A stretch of 64,000 bases of DNA from Candidatus Daviesbacteria bacterium (GCA_016187025.1 JACPKM010000001.1:171188-235187), one strand, 5' to 3'. Counted from the first letter of the stretch, positions 37,402-46,850 are shown. The notes: generated by a model not told the origin, from the letters alone. Program-made: numbers and translations.

Positions 37402-38493
37402 TTATCTGTCAATAGCCAAGGATAGGTTTGGATTGGCTTGAAGGGTTAATATATCTGGTGTAGGTTTTTGGTAATATGCTGCAGCGGCAATCATGGCTGC
37501 ATTGTCTGTACATAAATAGGGTGGTGGAACGTGTAGTTTCACTTTTAACTTTTCACTTTTAACTTTTAACTTGCGAACCAGTTCCTGGTTCGCCGCTACC
37601 CCTCCTGCAACAATAATTTGTTCAACTTCATACTTTTGGGCTGCTTTGACAGTCTTTATAACTAGGGAATCTATGATAGCAGCTTCCAAAGAAGCAGCCA
37701 GATCTTCTTTTTTGGCCCTAAGATCTTCTTTTAAGATGTTTGCAAAAGCGGTTTTGAGTCCTGAAAAAGAAAAGTCCAGATTTTTAGAATTCAGCATTGG
37801 CCGTGGAAAATTGAAAGCTTTAGGATCTCCTTTTTGGGCAAGTTTAGCAATTTGCGGGCCTCCGGGATAAGGGTATCCCAAAAGTCTGGCGCATTTATCA
37901 AAACACTCTCCTGCGGCATCATCCCTGGTTCCTCCTAAATACTCATATTTGCCATGCGAAGTAAACAAAACTAAATCAGTATGCCCTCCTGAGACCAGCA
38001 GGCCAAGGCAGGGAAATTTTGGCGAACTATTCCCAATCCAATTTGCATAAAAATGTCCTATTAAATGGTTTACAGGAATTAAAGGTTTGTTCCAAATATA
38101 AGCTAGAGTTTTGGCAGTTTCTACTCCAACAAGCAGAGAACCAATCAGTCCTGGTCCATATGTGACTGCTATTGCGTTGATATCCTGTCCCCTGTAACCT
38201 GAAACCTGTAAACTTTCCTGTATCACTGGAATAATAGATTTTAGCTGTTCCCTGGCTGCTTGCTCGGGAATCACACCACCATATTTTGCCTGTAAATCAG
38301 CTGATGAAGCCACTACATTGGATAAAATAGTTATCCGGTTATTTTCCTGTCTCAGGACCGCCGCGGCAGTCTCATCACAGGAAGTCTCTATCCCTAAAAT
38401 TGTTTTGTACATAAGCTGAATTTTAACAGATTTAGGGGGGAGAGTTACATTGTTCCCCAGGTGACGGTAGATAACCCTAAACTTTCCCCCCAC
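37402..38493 (-). CDS. tsaD: tRNA N6-adenosine threonylcarbamoyltransferase TsaD (Kae1/Gcp)
   Basis: N-terminal ILGIETSCDETAAAV, ASKH-fold motifs, and conserved His pair (HLIGHFY). The true start is MYKTILGIETS at about 38412; the ORF track extends further upstream in frame. Confidence 0.9.
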   Translation of the reverse strand: MGGKFRVIYRHLGNNVTLPPKSVKIQLMYKTILGIETSCDETAAAVLRQENNRITILSNVVASSADLQAKYGGVIPEQAAREQLKSIIPVIQESLQVSGYRGQDINAIAVTYGPGLIGSLLVGVETAKTLAYIWNKPLIPVNHLIGHFYANWIGNSSPKFPCLGLLVSGGHTDLVLFTSHGKYEYLGGTRDDAAGECFDKCARLLGYPYPGGPQIAKLAQKGDPKAFNFPRPMLNSKNLDFSFSGLKTAFANILKEDLRAKKEDLAASLEAAIIDSLVIKTVKAAQKYEVEQIIVAGGVAANQELVRKLKVKSEKLKVKLHVPPPYLCTDNAAMIAAAAYYQKPTPDILTLQANPNLSLAIDR

Positions 38494-38520
38494 CCGGGAG
38501 GTGAATTAGCTTGGCATCAC
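38478..38520. repeat. Copy 1 of a ~40-nt repeat (small hairpin + TTGACA/TTGGCA-like hexamer) upstream of tsaD
   Basis: cacccgggaggtgaattagcttggcatcac. Related copies at 41583-41625 and 42708-42760. Confidence 0.5.
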
Positions 38521-38539
38521 AAATACTGTAATGAATTGA

Positions 38540-39151
38540 CTAAAAACCCCGTCTAGGAAATTGTAGGTGCTTATCTAAATAAATCATTTTAGCGAGTGCT
38601 GCATAATCTTTGACCGATGAGTGATTTGATTGGCGGCTCCTTACCTGTAACTCCTCGGCTACTAGTAGATAATAATCAAGTCTAATGGGTGCTGTTTTCG
38701 GATTTCTTGTTTCCAAATCTGCAAAGATTTTATTAATCATCATGTAAACATTTCTATCACTTACCCATGGAACTAGTGAAGGGACTAATATTAATCTTGA
38801 TTGTTCAAAGGTATCCATTGCTCTCTGAGCCTGCTCTAAACCCTCAGTATCAATTCTGTGAAAAAAGACAAACAAATCAGCTCTTCCTGATTCCAAAGGC
38901 CCATCTGTTAGAAGAATATTCAATCTGGAATCAGCAGCTGATAGATCGGGAAGAAGCTGTACTGAGGTTTTATGATAATCTTCTAATAAGCGTTGCAATT
39001 TTGGGAAATTATGTCTGGATAAATCAACAACACCTGTTCTTACGTCTAGATTTGATAAGAGGCATGCAACATTTGCTAAAGTGGTTGTTCACCCTAAACC
39101 ACCACGCTCACTAATAAAAGACACCGTTTGAGGGGTACGTTCTATATACAT
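38540..39151 (-). pseudogene. ParA/MinD-like P-loop ATPase gene interrupted by an in-frame TGA at the Walker A lysine position
   Basis: ATG at 39151 gives MYIERTPQTVSFISERGGLG, then TGA at 39089-39091, then TTLANVACLLSNLDVRTGVVDLSRH...LNILLTDGPLESG. This aligns to the deviant Walker A xKGGxGK[ST]T with K replaced by a stop codon and the signature Lys replaced by Arg. The downstream ParA-like Walker B (DGP) is present. Confidence 0.5.
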
Positions 39152-39260
39152 AAGAGGGATTATATCAACAAATCAGATTAATATCAACTATAGGTTATTG
39201 TGAGCATTAGCAATTTTTTTGAAATTTCTTGCTTAGATAATCTCTGATACAATCTTATTT

Positions 39261-40004
39261 ATGGAATCAATCTGGATATTCATTGCAGCTTTTATTGCCA
39301 CAACTATAAGTGCCATGTCAGGAGGAGGTTCTTCAATAATTGCTGTTCCAATCTTTCTATCTATGGGAATTGTGTTGCCAATGGCCGTGGCGATACAATC
39401 CATAAGTGGTGTTTTTTGGGTGTTGCCGTCTGCATTTAATTATTTAAAGGGAAGAAAAATTGAGTGGATGTTTTTACTCCTTTTTGCAGGGATTGGAACA
39501 ATTGGTTCTTACTTCGGCGCACTTGCTATCACAAGTTTTGACCAAAAGCCCCTCGCGGCAATAGTCGGGCTGCTTATTTTATTTCTCATTGGATTCATGA
39601 ACTACCAAAAAAACCTTGGGTTACAAGAGCAACATGTTAGGTCAAAGTTTAAGGAAAGGCTTGCATACGTTTTCTCCTTCCCAATGGGATTTTATGAAGG
39701 ATTTTTTGGGTCAGGAAACGGCATTTTCTTTACGCTTGTTACAGCGTATACCAAGGGCTTTGATTTTATTGACGCGCTTGGCTATTACTATGCGGTTGCT
39801 TTTCCATGGGTTGTTGTTGGAGCACTTGTGTTGATCTCGAAGGGGTATTTTGATCTCTCGTTAATGGTGCCAGCAGTCTTAGGTTCTCTTGTTGGTGGTT
39901 ATATTGGATCTAAATATGCAAGATTGAAAGGAAATAAGTTTGTTAAAATAACTTTTACAATAATCGGTATTATTCTTGGTCTTAAACTATTATTAGGAAT
40001 ATAA
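39261..40004 (+). CDS. TSUP/TauE-SafE family (DUF81) membrane exporter-like protein
   Basis: 247 aa with about 8 TM. The N-terminus IAAFIATTISAMSGGGSSIIAVPIFLSMGI is typical of TauE/SafE. It has an internal duplication architecture. Confidence 0.75.
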   Translation: MESIWIFIAAFIATTISAMSGGGSSIIAVPIFLSMGIVLPMAVAIQSISGVFWVLPSAFNYLKGRKIEWMFLLLFAGIGTIGSYFGALAITSFDQKPLAAIVGLLILFLIGFMNYQKNLGLQEQHVRSKFKERLAYVFSFPMGFYEGFFGSGNGIFFTLVTAYTKGFDFIDALGYYYAVAFPWVVVGALVLISKGYFDLSLMVPAVLGSLVGGYIGSKYARLKGNKFVKITFTIIGIILGLKLLLGI

Positions 40005-40135
40005 TTTAAGAGTAAACCCAATTTACACCTTTTCTCTAACCCCTTAATTTCTCTTATCATCTTTAATCTCACTGCAAGATTACAGGAAGCGTAAGCAACT
40101 ATCCTACAACCCAACTTTTTGCTAAAATATTTTAG

Positions 40136-40573
40136 ATGAATACTCCAATATGTGGTTTGTGCGGGAAGAAAAGTAAACTTGTAAAAACCGACTGCTGTAA
40201 TAACTGGATCTGTAACGATGAAGGTAAATATGTGATTTTTTCGTATGCCAGAAATAGTTGCTCACGTAATCATCGGCGATTCACACTTTGTGGATATCAT
40301 AACACCGAGGATCACAAAAGCAACTGGAAAACATGTAAAAAGTGTGCTAATAGTTTTGATGCTGAAGATTATGCTTGGTACGGAACAAATGAATATAACT
40401 TCGAAAAGCTTCCTGACCCGCCTAAATTTGATCCGACCTATTGCTCTTTGTGCGGGGTTATAATCAACCGTGGAGAAGACGGATATACGCGACTACCCGA
40501 TGGGAAATTTCTGTGCGAATCGTGCGGATGGAAACATATGAATGAGCAAATAAAAGATGTTGAGAAGATATGA
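40136..40573 (+). CDS. Cys-rich multi-zinc-ribbon protein (hypothetical)
   Basis: Six CxxC-type pairs: C6/C9, C67/C70, C104/C107, C124/C127 and others. It overlaps the downstream RhuM gene by 4 nt. Confidence 0.45.
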   Translation: MNTPICGLCGKKSKLVKTDCCNNWICNDEGKYVIFSYARNSCSRNHRRFTLCGYHNTEDHKSNWKTCKKCANSFDAEDYAWYGTNEYNFEKLPDPPKFDPTYCSLCGVIINRGEDGYTRLPDGKFLCESCGWKHMNEQIKDVEKI

Positions 40574-41565
40574 AAAAAGAAATTAAAAAATCGCAAATTG
40601 CCATTTACCAGGTAATTGGCGATAAGCAAAAAATCCGAGTCAGAATTGAAGACGAGAATGTGTGGCTGACGCAAAAATTAATAGCTGAGCTTTTTGATGT
40701 TGATGTGCGTACGGTGAACGAACATTTAAAAAATATATTTTCGGAGGTAGAACTGGATGAAAGTTCAGTTATCCGGAAATTCCGGATAACTGCCGATGAT
40801 GGTAAGACATATGACACAAAACATTATAATTTAGATACGATTTTGGCAGTTGGTTATCGTGTGCGATCTGAGCAGGGAACGCAGTTTCGCAAATGGGCAA
40901 CAGAAAGACTGCGGGAATATCTTATCAAAGGGTTTACACTGGATGACGAACGACTTAAGCAAGGTGGTGGCAGGGCTCGTTACTTTCAGGAATTACTGCA
41001 GCGGGTACGTGATATCCGTAGCAGTGAGCGGATGTTTTATCAGAAAGTAACAGATATTTACGCAACGAGCATTGATTATAAACAAGAGGCACAGCTTACT
41101 CAGAAGTTTTTTGCTACAGTGCAGAATAAAATGCACTTTGCAGTACACGGACATACGGCAGCCGAGATTATAAATAAGCGAGTGGATAGTAAAAAACCAT
41201 TGATGGGTCTGATGAGTTTTAAAAGCGATTATATAACCGCTGACGATATAGTAGTGGCTAAAAATTATTTAAGTGAAAATGAACTCAATCAATTAAATAT
41301 GATCGTTTCGCTATATATTGATTTTGCGGAGTTGCAAGCAAGCAGCGGCCGTCTTATGAAAATGCAGGATTGGATCAACAAACTGGACGAGTTTTTAGCT
41401 ATTAGTGAAAAGAAATTACTTCACAGTTCCGGCAGGGTGAGCGCAAAACAGGCAGAAAAGAAAGCATTGGTGGAATATGAGAAGTATCGCAGAGAACGGG
41501 ATGGAAAATATATTTCAGATTTCGACCGCGAAGTGAAAAAACTTTTGAAGAGAGCAAGGAAATAA
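40570..41565 (+). CDS. rhuM: RhuM-family (virulence-associated, Fic-neighbourhood) DNA-binding protein
   Basis: Strong match to the RhuM family as I recall it: GTQFRKWATERLREYLIKGFTLDDERLK, IRSSERMFYQKVTDIYATSIDY, FFATVQNKMHFAVHGHTAAEII, AKNYLSENELNQLNMIVSLYIDFAE. Confidence 0.8.
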   Translation: MKKEIKKSQIAIYQVIGDKQKIRVRIEDENVWLTQKLIAELFDVDVRTVNEHLKNIFSEVELDESSVIRKFRITADDGKTYDTKHYNLDTILAVGYRVRSEQGTQFRKWATERLREYLIKGFTLDDERLKQGGGRARYFQELLQRVRDIRSSERMFYQKVTDIYATSIDYKQEAQLTQKFFATVQNKMHFAVHGHTAAEIINKRVDSKKPLMGLMSFKSDYITADDIVVAKNYLSENELNQLNMIVSLYIDFAELQASSGRLMKMQDWINKLDEFLAISEKKLLHSSGRVSAKQAEKKALVEYEKYRRERDGKYISDFDREVKKLLKRARK

Positions 41566-41582
41566 ATGATTAAATTATCGGT

Positions 41583-41625
41583 GAAATCCCACCCGGAGGG
41601 TGTATTAGCTTGACACCTGTCATCT
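41583..41625. repeat. Copy 2 of the ~40-nt repeat, followed by a duplicated tsaD 5' fragment (41640-41697)
   Basis: gaaatcccacccggagggtgtattagcttgacacctg. Then ctaaaattattttgtacataagctgaatttta (41660-41697) is near-identical to the tsaD start region at 38395-38432. It would encode MYKIILGVETSCDETAAIR* on the minus strand. Confidence 0.5.
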
Positions 41626-41904
41626 TATCGCTGCAGTTTCATCACAACTGGTTTCAACCCCTAAAATTATTTTGTACATAAGCTGAATTTTATTAGATAG
41701 CTGCAAGTTACTGACGGACAACTTTACTTATTGGTGATTCTTTTTCTGTCATGGTCATGTTGCAGATTATATCAGAGAGCAATAGTCTTACCAAATGCAA
41801 TCATCAGGGGAGGCCTTTTGTGCAACGATTATAGGGCAAAATCTGGGAGTTCTCAAGCAAGCACTATGAAATAGGATTAAAGCTAAATTTAATCGCTAAT
41901 TCAG

Positions 41905-42381
41905 GTGGAAGTTGTGGGTATGTTTATCAATGTCTGGACGAAGAGCAAAAATCCTGATAAATTACCTTTCATGTCGCAATTAGAACAATTAGGACTATAT
42001 ACTTTTGATTTTGAAGAAGTACATGGAGATACTCCTCCTGGTCAAGAAATTTTGCCTCAAGAGTATCTACTCGGTACCCCAAATCCTAAAACTCTAATCA
42101 AACAAGCCGGAATGAGACTTTACCGCCATCTTTGGCATACAGATGAAGTAGATTTATTAACAGATGCTCAAAAAAGAGGTAAAGATGTGGTAGCTTATGT
42201 GGCCTCACATGGTAATGTGTTGATGATTGCAGTTGGTGCAGCAGCTTTGGCTGTAGTAATCTACAATGGTTTTGTTTTTTATAAACATCATAGAGAAGAA
42301 AAGGAGCAAAAAGCATTACCTTCTCCAAAACCCCTTGCGCCTACACCACTGCCCTTAGCAAGAAGAATCAGAGAGCGTTAA
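41905..42381 (+). CDS. Hypothetical protein with C-terminal TM
   Basis: 158-aa ORF. Hydrophobic segment LMIAVGAAALAVVIYNGFVFY. No motif recognised. Confidence 0.3.
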   Translation: MEVVGMFINVWTKSKNPDKLPFMSQLEQLGLYTFDFEEVHGDTPPGQEILPQEYLLGTPNPKTLIKQAGMRLYRHLWHTDEVDLLTDAQKRGKDVVAYVASHGNVLMIAVGAAALAVVIYNGFVFYKHHREEKEQKALPSPKPLAPTPLPLARRIRER

Positions 42382-42707
42382 TTTCTCCTGAGTAATTCAG
42401 GTTATCAGTCTACTGAAGTAAATTTATACAGGTTTAGGAACTAATTTACCAAATGAAACAGCTGGCTTAACAACTGGTTGAGCTTTCCTTATACCTTTAC
42501 CCATCTCCCATAACTCTAACCATAGAATTCTTTCTACTTGATCATCCCTACCTATCCCTTTCAAAGCGGATAATAGTACCAACGGGATATCTTGTAGCAA
42601 CAAACAACTCTCCTTCTGCCAATATTCTGGTGCGAGTCTATAATCACCTGCCTCTAATCTAGCCACGGACATATTTATACACATTTTATAGATTTTAAAC
42701 AAATTAG

Positions 42708-42760
42708 AATGAAATCCCACCTGGTGAAATCCCACCTGGGAGGTGGATAGCCTGGCACCT
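42708..42760. repeat. Copy 3 of the ~40-nt repeat with internal tandem duplication
   Basis: gaatgaaatcccacctggtgaaatcccacctgggaggtggatagcctggcacct. Confidence 0.5.
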
Positions 42761-42818
42761 AGGGATTTTGGGAATTGTTTGTATTTAAATCTTTGTAGCT
42801 TTACCTTATACTTCCTTT

Positions 42819-43679
42819 ATGATCAAAAACAGCAATAATCATTCAATTGAGCTAAAAGATGGCAGAAGATTAGGGTATGCAGAGTTTGGAGATAGAGACG
42901 GAAAACCGTTGTTTTTCTTTCACGGCTGGCCAAGCTCAAGGTTACACGGCCAAAGGTTTGAAGAAGCTGCAAGGAAGCTTAAAGTAAGGATCATATCTTT
43001 AGATAGACCCGGGTTTGGATTATCTGATTATAAAAAAGACCGCACACTTTTGGATTTTCCAAAAGATGTTTTAGAGCTTGCAGATTATTTAAAGATTACA
43101 AAGTTTGCCATTTTAGGTGTTTCTGGCGGCGGACCATATGCAGCCAGTTGTGCATATAGTATCCCGCAAAGAATTGCCAAAGCAGGTATTATGGTGGGAC
43201 TTGGGCCAACAAATATTAAAGGAAATTTAGATGGAATAGGTTTAGTAAATAAATTTGGCTGGGCAAATTATCACAAATTTCCTCTATTAAGATATATATC
43301 CTCATTTTTAGGATGGTTTGAAACAAAGTTTTTGAAAACTAACCTTTACTCACTATTTATCTCTAGATCCGATAAATTGTTAACAACAGACTCTTTTAAG
43401 GAGTTAACCTACATGTCTAGACTGGAAGCTTTTAAACAGGGTTTTAAAGCAGCAGCCTTAGATCTAAAGCTTTATACAGACAACTGGGGCTTTGATTTGA
43501 AAAAGATTAAGGTACCGGTATTGTTATGGTTTGGGGATTCAGATAAAAGTGTTTCTGTTAATATGGGAAAATACTTTGCATCCCAAATCCCCAATAGTAA
43601 ACTTACCATTTACCATAAAGAAGGCCACTATCTTCATGTCAATCATGCAGAGCAAATATTAAAACAGTTGACCCAGTAG
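42819..43679 (+). CDS. Alpha/beta-hydrolase fold enzyme (proline iminopeptidase/epoxide-hydrolase-like)
   Basis: LFFFHGWPSS oxyanion region, nucleophile elbow GVSGGG, C-terminal His (HYLHVNHAE). Confidence 0.75.
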   Translation: MIKNSNNHSIELKDGRRLGYAEFGDRDGKPLFFFHGWPSSRLHGQRFEEAARKLKVRIISLDRPGFGLSDYKKDRTLLDFPKDVLELADYLKITKFAILGVSGGGPYAASCAYSIPQRIAKAGIMVGLGPTNIKGNLDGIGLVNKFGWANYHKFPLLRYISSFLGWFETKFLKTNLYSLFISRSDKLLTTDSFKELTYMSRLEAFKQGFKAAALDLKLYTDNWGFDLKKIKVPVLLWFGDSDKSVSVNMGKYFASQIPNSKLTIYHKEGHYLHVNHAEQILKQLTQ

Positions 43680-43703
43680 GAAACAGATCTCCCAAAATAA
43701 TAT

Positions 43704-43988
43704 TTGACAAATTCTTTGTATTGTTATAAACTTATCCTTGTTATGCAAACAACAATATCAATTACCAGTAAATGGCAGATTCATATTCCCAAGGCTGCAA
43801 GAGAGGCTTTGGGGCTTAAAAAACCCGGTATGGTAGAGTTAAAGTCCAAAAAAGGAGAAATCATTATCACCCCCCGCAAAAAAGGTATTTTACATTACGC
43901 CGGTAAATATCATTATTTGATTAATAAGAAAACAAAGAAGATTAATATAGATAAGATCAGGGACTATATTGATTATTCTGATCTATGA
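43704..43988 (+). CDS. AbrB/SpoVT-type antitoxin (VapB-like)
   Basis: ISITSKWQIHIPKAAREALGLKKPGMVELKSKKGEIIITP is a swapped-hairpin antitoxin domain. The likely true start is at the internal Met (about 43743). It overlaps the PIN gene by 4 nt. Confidence 0.6.
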   Translation: MTNSLYCYKLILVMQTTISITSKWQIHIPKAAREALGLKKPGMVELKSKKGEIIITPRKKGILHYAGKYHYLINKKTKKINIDKIRDYIDYSDL

Positions 43989-44401
43989 AGAAAGTTTTTA
44001 TAGACACCAATTTATGGGTCAGATTTTTTATTTGTGATATTAAAGATCAATTTGAGGTAACAAAAAAACTTTTGGAGAATATAGAAGAAGGGAGTTTTAA
44101 AGCCTACACCTCAACCATTGTTCTTCTGGAACTGCAGTTTGTTCTGCAAAGACTCTATCATCTTTCTTTTGAGGGTATACTTGATGTTTTTGATATAGTA
44201 CGGAAAACACGTAATATCACCATAATTGAAAAAACTAATTTTGATTTGGCATTAAAATTCTATCAGCAACATAAAATCAAGTTTCCTGACTGTTTGATCG
44301 CCTCGCAACTACCCAAAGATGCTACTCTAATCAGTTTTGATGAAGAGTTAGGTAAAATTTCAGAAGTTATCACAAAAAAACCGCAGGATTTACTAAATTA
44401 G
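43985..44401 (+). CDS. vapC: PIN-domain toxin VapC
   Basis: MKKVFIDTNLWVRFF (first Asp), LELQFV (Glu), FPDCLIASQLPKDATLISFDEEL (C-terminal Asp). Confidence 0.75.
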   Translation: MKKVFIDTNLWVRFFICDIKDQFEVTKKLLENIEEGSFKAYTSTIVLLELQFVLQRLYHLSFEGILDVFDIVRKTRNITIIEKTNFDLALKFYQQHKIKFPDCLIASQLPKDATLISFDEELGKISEVITKKPQDLLN

Positions 44402-44596
44402 CTTCTTTTCCATTGATCAGAGTGGGGGTTTGGTTGTAGGAAAAACTTTATCTCCTAATGAGGTTATTGTACTACGAACCTCTGTTCCCACTCAAAACTT
44501 AGCTGAGATACAAAGAAGATCTAACTCGTTATAAAAACCCTAGCCGCAGCTTAAGTTACCTATTGTGGTATACTCCAGCAATAAAATTAAAGTACT

Positions 44597-45178
44597 ATGG
44601 ATGAACGCTTAAGATCGGCTCCTCCTAAAGGATCAATACCCGAGAGTACATCACTTGATCAGCTCAGACAGCAGGAAAGAGCAGGCCGAGTGTCAGGATT
44701 TACACCCAGGAGGCCAATTAGATCAGGAACATCAGAGCCTGAATTTCGCTTCGATCCTGGACAACATAGATTTCCAACTGATTTAGCAATAAGATCAACT
44801 TTTCAGGATAGACCTGCAATAGAAAAATTAAATTTTTGGGCGGATGTAGTTGCTTGCGGTGATCGTCTATCTGTAGTTTTAGGGTTTAATGGGGTTAGTT
44901 TAGGGCAGGGCCCTTTTTGGAGAGGACGGGTTAATGATCCATTAATTAGCGCTGCTTGTTTTACGCCAGTAGAGCTTGAGGGAAGGAGGGCTACATTATG
45001 GTTGGTCGTAACAGGAGATATTATTGAAGCAACAGTCATACCAACCCGCAGACGCGATGGTCCTCCTCGTGGAGGAGAGTTGTATGTAGATGTATTAACA
45101 GCCGAATACGATCCAGCCAAAATGGCTGTTTCCAAACGAGATGGTCGGGTATACGCCGGCTTCGAACGCTGTAGCTAG
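44597..45178 (+). CDS. Hypothetical protein (GC-richer, Arg/Pro-rich)
   Basis: 193-aa ORF with no recognised domain and compositionally atypical. Confidence 0.3.
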   Translation: MDERLRSAPPKGSIPESTSLDQLRQQERAGRVSGFTPRRPIRSGTSEPEFRFDPGQHRFPTDLAIRSTFQDRPAIEKLNFWADVVACGDRLSVVLGFNGVSLGQGPFWRGRVNDPLISAACFTPVELEGRRATLWLVVTGDIIEATVIPTRRRDGPPRGGELYVDVLTAEYDPAKMAVSKRDGRVYAGFERCS

Positions 45179-45247
45179 TATAATTCTCTTAAGTAATTTT
45201 TACCAAGTTTTATCTAATTCCTAATACTTAAAGCATATATAGTCTTC

Positions 45248-46084
45248 ATGGATCTTAAAAATTATGGTTATTTTGGGCCGGATAGCATGGCTTGGAGGGT
45301 TTGGCGGGAAAGGATTCAGCTTTTAGGCGGGAGCAGAGCGATTATTCTGCAGCTTTCCCACCCTTTAGTAGCAGCAGGGGTGGCAAAATATTCAAGCTTT
45401 CAAAAAGACCCTTTAGGCAGGCTTAACAGGACTTTAGATATTATGCAAACTATAGTATTTGGCAGCAAATCAGAAGCTGATGCAGCTTTAGAAAAACTAG
45501 ACCATGTCCACAAACATGTTAAAGGGGTACTCCCGCATAAGATGGGCAAGTTTGATAAAGGGACCTATTATAAGGCAAATGATCCGTATTTAAAGTTGTG
45601 GGTGCACGCTACCTTAATAGATACCAGCCTATTAGTCCATGAGCTTTTTGTTAAATATTTATCTAAAAGCGAAAAAGAGCAGTTTTATACAGAGAGCAAG
45701 TTACTGGCAGAGCTTTTAGGGGTTTCTAAAAATATTATCCCCCAAAAATTAGAAGATCTCCTAGGCTATATGTATGATATGTATAAAAAAAAGGTGATAG
45801 TACCAACTCTAGAGTCCAAACAAGAGGTAGAGGATATATTGGACCCCAAGATACCCTTAGGGCTCAAACCAGCCTTACCCTTTGTAAAGTTTATTACCTC
45901 CGGGTTGTTGCCAAGTTTTTTGCGTGAGGGCTACGGATTAAAATGGGAAAAATCTGATGAGTTAAAACTAAAAGGTGTGGCAAAAGCGGTGCGTACGCTC
46001 CTGCCTTTTGTTCCGGAGCAGATCAGGTTTACTCCATATTACAGATCAGCTTTCAGCTCTCGCTCATTGCCCCATATAATTTAG
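45248..46084 (+). CDS. MpaB/DUF2236-family (ER-bound-oxygenase-like) protein
   Basis: FGPDSMAWRVWRERIQLLGGSRAIILQLSHPLVAAGVAKYS matches the DUF2236 N-terminal consensus. A His-rich region follows (HVHKHVKG). Confidence 0.6.
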   Translation: MDLKNYGYFGPDSMAWRVWRERIQLLGGSRAIILQLSHPLVAAGVAKYSSFQKDPLGRLNRTLDIMQTIVFGSKSEADAALEKLDHVHKHVKGVLPHKMGKFDKGTYYKANDPYLKLWVHATLIDTSLLVHELFVKYLSKSEKEQFYTESKLLAELLGVSKNIIPQKLEDLLGYMYDMYKKKVIVPTLESKQEVEDILDPKIPLGLKPALPFVKFITSGLLPSFLREGYGLKWEKSDELKLKGVAKAVRTLLPFVPEQIRFTPYYRSAFSSRSLPHII

Positions 46085-46133
46085 TGAAGTTTATTACTGA
46101 TATATTTGCAGAAATCATTTTACTATTAAATTA

Positions 46134-46850
46134 GTGAGAAGGTTTCATCTTATACTGACAGGACTTTCTTTAAATATTATCCTTTTATCTTTAAATAGGT
46201 TAACTGAGTTTACTCAAGGTTATCTTCAGCCCTTTGAGTTTTTAAGGTGGTTGGATTTTAATGCCATGCTACCTATACCACTTTTGTCTGTTTTACTCTA
46301 CTATCTTTTAAGAAAAGAGGTGCTTTATGACAGCCCTTTTTCTAAATCCACTCTTTATATAATTTTAGCTTTAATTTTTATTGCCGGGGTGTACTTTTTT
46401 GGAGCAGGATCAGGTGACCATGAGGTGACAAACTATCTAAACAGTAGGTTTTGTCAGGCTGGCAGGGTAGATAGCCCGATCTGCAATATCATCTCTTTTA
46501 ATGATGACCAGTTTAGCCACTATGTTTATTATTTAGGTTTTGTACTTTTAAATATCTCCTTGATGTTTTTAGAGCACTTTTATCCAAGAAAAGATAGTGT
46601 TTTTAAAATAGATTTAATACTGATTGTTGCAAATAGTCTTTTTATAGCTGCTGGGATTTTTGCCAACCTGGCTTTCGAGGAGGCAGTTATTGATCTGGTT
46701 GTTTTCTCATCGGTCATGATTCTGGCTCTTTACCTGCTTATTTTTACCCAAAGAAAGCTTACCTGGCTGCCGGTGACGTTTTATTTTGCCTTATCTTATA
46801 CACTAGGGGTGTTAGCAACATTATTATATAAACTTAGCAACCTTTTTTAA
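46134..46850 (+). CDS. Polytopic membrane protein (hypothetical)
   Basis: 238 aa, about 6-7 TM, no motif recognised. Confidence 0.4.
   Translation: MRRFHLILTGLSLNIILLSLNRLTEFTQGYLQPFEFLRWLDFNAMLPIPLLSVLLYYLLRKEVLYDSPFSKSTLYIILALIFIAGVYFFGAGSGDHEVTNYLNSRFCQAGRVDSPICNIISFNDDQFSHYVYYLGFVLLNISLMFLEHFYPRKDSVFKIDLILIVANSLFIAAGIFANLAFEEAVIDLVVFSSVMILALYLLIFTQRKLTWLPVTFYFALSYTLGVLATLLYKLSNLF

Noticed and set aside
39089-39091. Possibility that TGA is a sense codon (genetic code 25, TGA = Gly, as in Gracilibacteria/SR1), which would make the ParA-like gene intact
   Set aside because: dnaN (13878..14978) and the VirB4 N-terminal ORF terminate at TGA at sensible positions. That indicates standard code 11 here.
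38767-39114. 115-aa plus-strand ORF
   Set aside because: It is antisense to the ParA/MinD-like reading frame, which shows Walker A/B-compatible sequence.
42740-42770. CTGGCAC in repeat copy 3 looked like a sigma-54 -24 element
   Set aside because: No TTGC -12 element at the required 5-nt spacing. No sigma-54 activator or rpoN context is visible.
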